From NCBI GenBank assembly GCA_965267575.1, contig OZ254086.1, positions 4,384,001 to 4,448,000 of the forward strand: DNA of 64,000 nt, read 5' to 3'. This document shows positions 59,798 through 64,000 of this stretch, one piece after another; the stretch's first letter is position 1; every line of letters starts with the position of its first letter. Under the pieces are notes generated by a model. It made no database searches and had not been told where the DNA came from. It worked only from the letters and a program-made list of their open reading frames with translations. The stretch is from Calditrichales bacterium (lineage in GTDB: Bacteria > Calditrichota > Calditrichia > Calditrichales > J004). Position numbers and translations under genes: made by a program.

Positions 59798-61357
59798 ATG
59801 AGGCTAAGGATCTGGTTTTTGATGGTTGCAGCAGTATTGATGTATGGCAGCGTGCAATCAGCTGTGGCGCAAACGATCACAAGTGAACTTCCCTTTTTGC
59901 ACCCGATTGAGCAAACGGACGCCGGATACACAGGACCGGGCGTGGAATGGGTATTATCAAAAGGAATCGAAAGCCGGTTTCTGCTTTTTGGCGAGCAGCA
60001 CGGCGTTGAGGGCATCGCTCAATTTGTTGCCTTCGTATACGATCGCTTAAACGGTGAAGGCTACCACCACCTGGCCCTTGAGGTTGACCGCTGGACAACC
60101 TCGCGCATCGAACAGGACGGCTTGTCCGCGTTTATTCAAAAATATCCACACTCCCTGGCTTTCGATACAAACGGCGATCTGGAGTTGATCGCGACGACCC
60201 TGCGCAATGATACCACAAAAAACCCACAAACACTGTGGGGACTTGATCAAATGATCACCGCGATCCACCCTTTTCAACGGTTGGAGACGATTGCCCCAAA
60301 CATGTCTGCTGCCAGGCTGGCGAGAGGCGCGTCTTTAAAGGCCAGCCTTAAAATGGGCGAATACCTGCGTCAGGACCATTACCAGGACCTGGAGCGCCTG
60401 CAAGAGGCGTTTGCTCTGCAGACCGGCAGCGAGGCAGCGCTAATCCTGGAAGACCTGCAAACCTCGATGAAAATATACGTGGCCTGGCGCGCCGGTCAAC
60501 GCGGGGAAATTTCAAGGCAGGTGTCACCTGAAATGCGCGAAACGATGATGAAAGAGAGACTCGCCGACTATGTCGCAGCAACGGGACAATCAGGGCCAAA
60601 AACCGTTTTTAAGATGGGTGGCGCGCACACAATGTATGGTGTTGGCCCCAACGGGATAGAAACACTGGGCGAATACGCCCGCCAAATGGCATCAAAAAGC
60701 GGCAACAAAACCCTTTCTGTATCGCTCAGGGCATTCAGGGACGAGTTGGCGTTTCCGGATTCAAGCCATTTTGGAGATGCCGCTATGCTACTCCTGGACA
60801 CAAAAGGATATGCGCAACAGGCGCAAGAGGATTCGTTACCGCCACTCGGTCAATATGACGCACAGTTCGATGCTATCATCTACCTGGCAAATGCCACACG
60901 AGCCTCTTCGTCTATCGTCAGGCAGGAGGAAAATAAATTCAGGTCCGCCCTGATTACAACGCTGGCAGCCGGCATGGGACCGGGTTTACTGCTTTTAACG
61001 GTTTTGATACCGCTGTTTGTAAAGTTATTCAGGCGCCAGGACGATAATGTGTTAAATCCCGCGAAGCCATTCTATCTTCTTTTTTTGTTTTCTCTGCTGG
61101 TTTTTGCCGTAACCGCCCTGCAGATATATGCGATTAGAAATTATCCCGACTTCAGCGCAGCAATCGGCGGTTTTCCTGATCCTTGGCTTTTTGTGCTTTA
61201 TGTTGTGGCCGGGCTGTTTTTGCTTTTAAACGCTTTTGCCGCGTGGCGGAAGAACCACTGGTCGCTATTTAGCAGGATTTACTTTACGGTTATGATGCTT
61301 TGCTTCCTGTGGTTTAGTACCTTTCTATTTTACTGCAATATAGGTGGTATGTTTTAG
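59798..61357 (+). CDS. Exported erythromycin-esterase/TIKI-fold-like domain with C-terminal TM helices
   Basis: Signal peptide, LFGEQHG, LALE, WGLDQ, KMGGAH and about four hydrophobic C-terminal segments. Confidence 0.6.
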   Translation: MRLRIWFLMVAAVLMYGSVQSAVAQTITSELPFLHPIEQTDAGYTGPGVEWVLSKGIESRFLLFGEQHGVEGIAQFVAFVYDRLNGEGYHHLALEVDRWTTSRIEQDGLSAFIQKYPHSLAFDTNGDLELIATTLRNDTTKNPQTLWGLDQMITAIHPFQRLETIAPNMSAARLARGASLKASLKMGEYLRQDHYQDLERLQEAFALQTGSEAALILEDLQTSMKIYVAWRAGQRGEISRQVSPEMRETMMKERLADYVAATGQSGPKTVFKMGGAHTMYGVGPNGIETLGEYARQMASKSGNKTLSVSLRAFRDELAFPDSSHFGDAAMLLLDTKGYAQQAQEDSLPPLGQYDAQFDAIIYLANATRASSSIVRQEENKFRSALITTLAAGMGPGLLLLTVLIPLFVKLFRRQDDNVLNPAKPFYLLFLFSLLVFAVTALQIYAIRNYPDFSAAIGGFPDPWLFVLYVVAGLFLLLNAFAAWRKNHWSLFSRIYFTVMMLCFLWFSTFLFYCNIGGMF

Positions 61358-61359
61358 TC

Positions 61360-62244
61360 ATGGGTTCAGGTTATGCCGGTCCGGCGTTTAATTTGCTAAA
61401 AGCGTTTTTGCTCATGGCCCTTCTCATTTTGCCGGGCTGTTTCACCAAAGCACAACACGAGCTTTTATTCCGCGCTAAACCGCTGCGGTCGGATTCCGCG
61501 GTCTCCGGTTCTGCTTTTGCCGGCCGGATTCGCAAACTGCCTTTAAATGATCGCGAGGCAGCTATTGCAAAAGAAATTCTCTCCGGGAATGTGCCTGCTT
61601 TTTCGCGCAGCTTCTGCCCCGTTACCGTGAAGCAGGAGCTGGATGGCCGGATTTACACGCTCACGTTTTACGCGACAAATGATTACCTGGCTGTGGGCTC
61701 GGAGCAGGACTATTTCTACACGCCGCTGACACCCGGGTCGGCGCAACTGCTGGCCGATACGCTGGACTGCCTGCTGCCCACCTCTAAAATGGTTGACTTC
61801 ATCTATGAAGCCGCCAAAATCAAACTTACACCACAGCCGATCGCGCCATCGGACACGATGACCACCGTCCCCGTATTTTGGCAACATACAGATTCCATAA
61901 AGACCCAGTTTGCCGTGCGCGGATTGAAACGATCACAAAAGACGCTTGTGGCCGGGCATAAGAAGGATATCATCATCTCAAATAAAATTTACAGCAGTGA
62001 CCGCTCCTTTGACCGGGTCGTCATCTACGGCTGGCACAAAGCTGTGGGCGATCCCATCCAGCCGGTGTACAACGGGCACGGGGCGCGCTACGCGGATTAC
62101 TCCCACGGCGTAAGGCTGATCTCCAATAGCGCGCTACTAAATGGCGATACGATAAGAGTTGCGGATGTCCTAAAGGACGAAAATCTTGCCCCACTTCTAA
62201 GCGACGAAGGTATTATACAAAAGCCGCATTATCCCCGCCGCTGA
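61360..62244 (+). CDS. Conserved hypothetical lipoprotein
   Basis: Lipobox-like LPGC; motifs GNVP, DYLAVG, GHKKD, IYGWH, YADYSHGVRL. Confidence 0.7.
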   Translation: MGSGYAGPAFNLLKAFLLMALLILPGCFTKAQHELLFRAKPLRSDSAVSGSAFAGRIRKLPLNDREAAIAKEILSGNVPAFSRSFCPVTVKQELDGRIYTLTFYATNDYLAVGSEQDYFYTPLTPGSAQLLADTLDCLLPTSKMVDFIYEAAKIKLTPQPIAPSDTMTTVPVFWQHTDSIKTQFAVRGLKRSQKTLVAGHKKDIIISNKIYSSDRSFDRVVIYGWHKAVGDPIQPVYNGHGARYADYSHGVRLISNSALLNGDTIRVADVLKDENLAPLLSDEGIIQKPHYPRR

Positions 62245-62398
62245 CTCTCATGTCGATTTCTTCGTTTTAAAAAATATTTATCGCTTTTACTGCGTTTGCT
62301 TTCAAACAAAAGACGGCCAAAGTAACTATTTTTTAATGCAACCGCTTTCTTATATTAGGTGTCTTGAAATCTTAGATAAAACACATATTGAGGGAATA

Positions 62399-64000
62399 AT
62401 GACCGCTAAAAACTTTCAGGAAGCAAATTTCGAAAAAATTCAATCTGACCTGGAATTTCTGATGGGCTGTTTCAGGGAGATGCTTGAAGAACTGGGCGAG
62501 GAAGAGCTTGCCCGTCATCTGCCCTGGCCGGAGAATGAGAACGAATCGGAAATGGAGATCCACCCGCAGCGTACGGCGCAGGCCTATTCCATTGCTTTTC
62601 AACTGCTGAACATGGTGGAAGAAAACGCGTCCGTGCAAATGCGTCGCGAGATCGAGGAGCAGGGAAACCTGGCCGAGGTATCCGGGCTGTGGGAGCAAAA
62701 CCTGGAGCGCCTGAAAAAACTGGGACTTTCCGGCAGGCAAATCGCCGAAAACCTGTATAAAATCCGCGTGGAGCCGGTGCTGACCGCGCACCCCACGGAG
62801 GCCAAGCGCGCCACCGTGCTTGAACACCACCGCCGCCTTTACCTGCTGCTTGTAAAACGGGAAAACCAGATCTGGACGACCTCTGAGCAAAGCGGTATTC
62901 GCGAAGAGATCAAGGGCGAACTGGAGCGCCTGTGGCGTACCGGCGAAATATATCTTGAAAAACCGGATGTCGCTTCCGAGCGGCGCAATATCATCTACTA
63001 CCTGCGCAATGCCTTTCCGCAGGTGCTGCCGGAACTGGAACGGCGTCTGCGCCACGCCTGGCAGTCGGCCGGGTTTGAGGCAAAGCTGCTGGACGATCCG
63101 GCACGACTGCCGCGACTCTCTTTCGGCAACTGGGTTGGTGGCGACCGCGACGGGCACCCGCTGGTAACGGCGGATGTAACCCGCCAAACGCTGGCCGAGC
63201 TGCGCCGGGCGGCGCTGCAATTGGTGGCTCAGCAACTGACCGATCTGGCGGTCAAAATCAGCTTGTCCGATCACCTGCAGGCTGCGCCGCGGGAACTTAA
63301 CGATTACCTCAAAAACAAAGAGCGTCTGCTTGGCCCAAAAGGCGAACAAGCCATCCAGCGCAATCCCGACGAGCCCTGGCGACAAACCGTTAACCTGATG
63401 CTGGCGCAATTGCCGCCGGACAACGCGGCTGATTCCGCGGAAGTTTACCGTTCCGCCGGCGAATTGCTGGAAGACCTGGATATGCTGCGCCGCGACCTGC
63501 TGCAGGTAAAAGCCGGGCGTATTGTCAGCATGGATGTGGACCCGGTAATACGATCCGTGCAAACGTTTCGTTTTCACCTGGCGTCGCTGGATATCCGTCA
63601 AAACAGCCGCTTTCATGATCAGGCCGTGGGTCAGCTTATGGCCGTTTCCGGTCTGCATGCCGCTGATTTTGAAAATTGGACTGAAGCGCAACGTGTCGAT
63701 TTTTTAAACCTCGAGCTGGCCTCGCCGCGCCCCTTTACCCGCCCCGATATGAAGCTGGAGGCACAGGCCGACGCGGTACTCAGCTGCTATCGCGTGGTTA
63801 CGGAACACATTGACCTTCATGGTACGGATGGGCTCGGCGCGCTGATCGTTAGCATGACACGCAGCCTCTCGGATTTGCTGGTGGTTTACCTGTTGGCGCG
63901 CGAAGTAGGCCTGGCGTCGCACAGCGAAGAGGGCATGGTCTGTCAACTGCCGGTGGTACCGCTGTTCGAAACAATCGATGATTTGCAGCAGGCGCCGCAC
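62399..64000 (+). CDS. ppc: Phosphoenolpyruvate carboxylase (5' part, runs off the window)
   Basis: Translated by hand from the ATG at 62399: VLTAHPTE, FGNWVGGDRDGHP, LDIRQNS, VSMT, VPLFETIDDL. Confidence 0.96.
   Translation, partial: MTAKNFQEANFEKIQSDLEFLMGCFREMLEELGEEELARHLPWPENENESEMEIHPQRTAQAYSIAFQLLNMVEENASVQMRREIEEQGNLAEVSGLWEQNLERLKKLGLSGRQIAENLYKIRVEPVLTAHPTEAKRATVLEHHRRLYLLLVKRENQIWTTSEQSGIREEIKGELERLWRTGEIYLEKPDVASERRNIIYYLRNAFPQVLPELERRLRHAWQSAGFEAKLLDDPARLPRLSFGNWVGGDRDGHPLVTADVTRQTLAELRRAALQLVAQQLTDLAVKISLSDHLQAAPRELNDYLKNKERLLGPKGEQAIQRNPDEPWRQTVNLMLAQLPPDNAADSAEVYRSAGELLEDLDMLRRDLLQVKAGRIVSMDVDPVIRSVQTFRFHLASLDIRQNSRFHDQAVGQLMAVSGLHAADFENWTEAQRVDFLNLELASPRPFTRPDMKLEAQADAVLSCYRVVTEHIDLHGTDGLGALIVSMTRSLSDLLVVYLLAREVGLASHSEEGMVCQLPVVPLFETIDDLQQAPH

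Noticed and set aside
63560..63580. PEPC motif TFRFHL instead of the usual FGFHL
   Set aside because: A single-base difference that cannot be told apart from natural variation or sequencing error without reads.
62372..63691. 439-aa minus-strand ORF
   Set aside because: It is antisense to ppc, which the ORF track omits because it runs off the window.

Overview
Mostly core chromosome of a moderately GC-rich Gram-negative bacterium. The gene content (T9SS-type C-terminal sorting domains, PorV-like barrel, Na+-NQR, bacilliredoxin, Lnb-like protein) suggests the FCB superphylum, such as Calditrichota, Ignavibacteria or KSB1; this is inference only. Order: RND adaptor; a six-gene outer-membrane locus (NHL lipoprotein, PorV/PorQ-like barrel, TonB-dependent receptor, Ig-like lipoprotein, OB-fold repeat protein with sorting domain, second sorted protein); nqrABCDEF; pgsA-pgpA-cinA-thpR-recA-recX; response regulator; alaS; AlkD-like gene; AT-rich orphan; GMC oxidoreductase pair; hybrid histidine kinase; rtcB; methyltransferase, RmlD-like gene and frameshifted GT2; AAA+/VWA pair; ktrAB; epimerase; hydrolase; metalloprotease/beta-propeller/barrel fusion; Lnb-like gene; brxA/B; a ~700-bp structured intergenic region; M1 and S9 peptidases with REP-like palindromes and a RAYT transposase; several hypothetical genes; and the 5' part of ppc. 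The two most notable signals are (1) a minus-strand intergenic RNA at about 51.5-51.7 kb with a 13-nt complement of the 16S 3' end, an ATT-initiated 13-codon ORF, two mutually exclusive hairpins that hide or free the ribosome-binding site, and its own terminator, and (2) the SusD-less TBDR/PorV/OB-fold surface locus. No rRNA, tRNA or CRISPR array was seen. All family calls come from motif recognition by eye, not from database searches.
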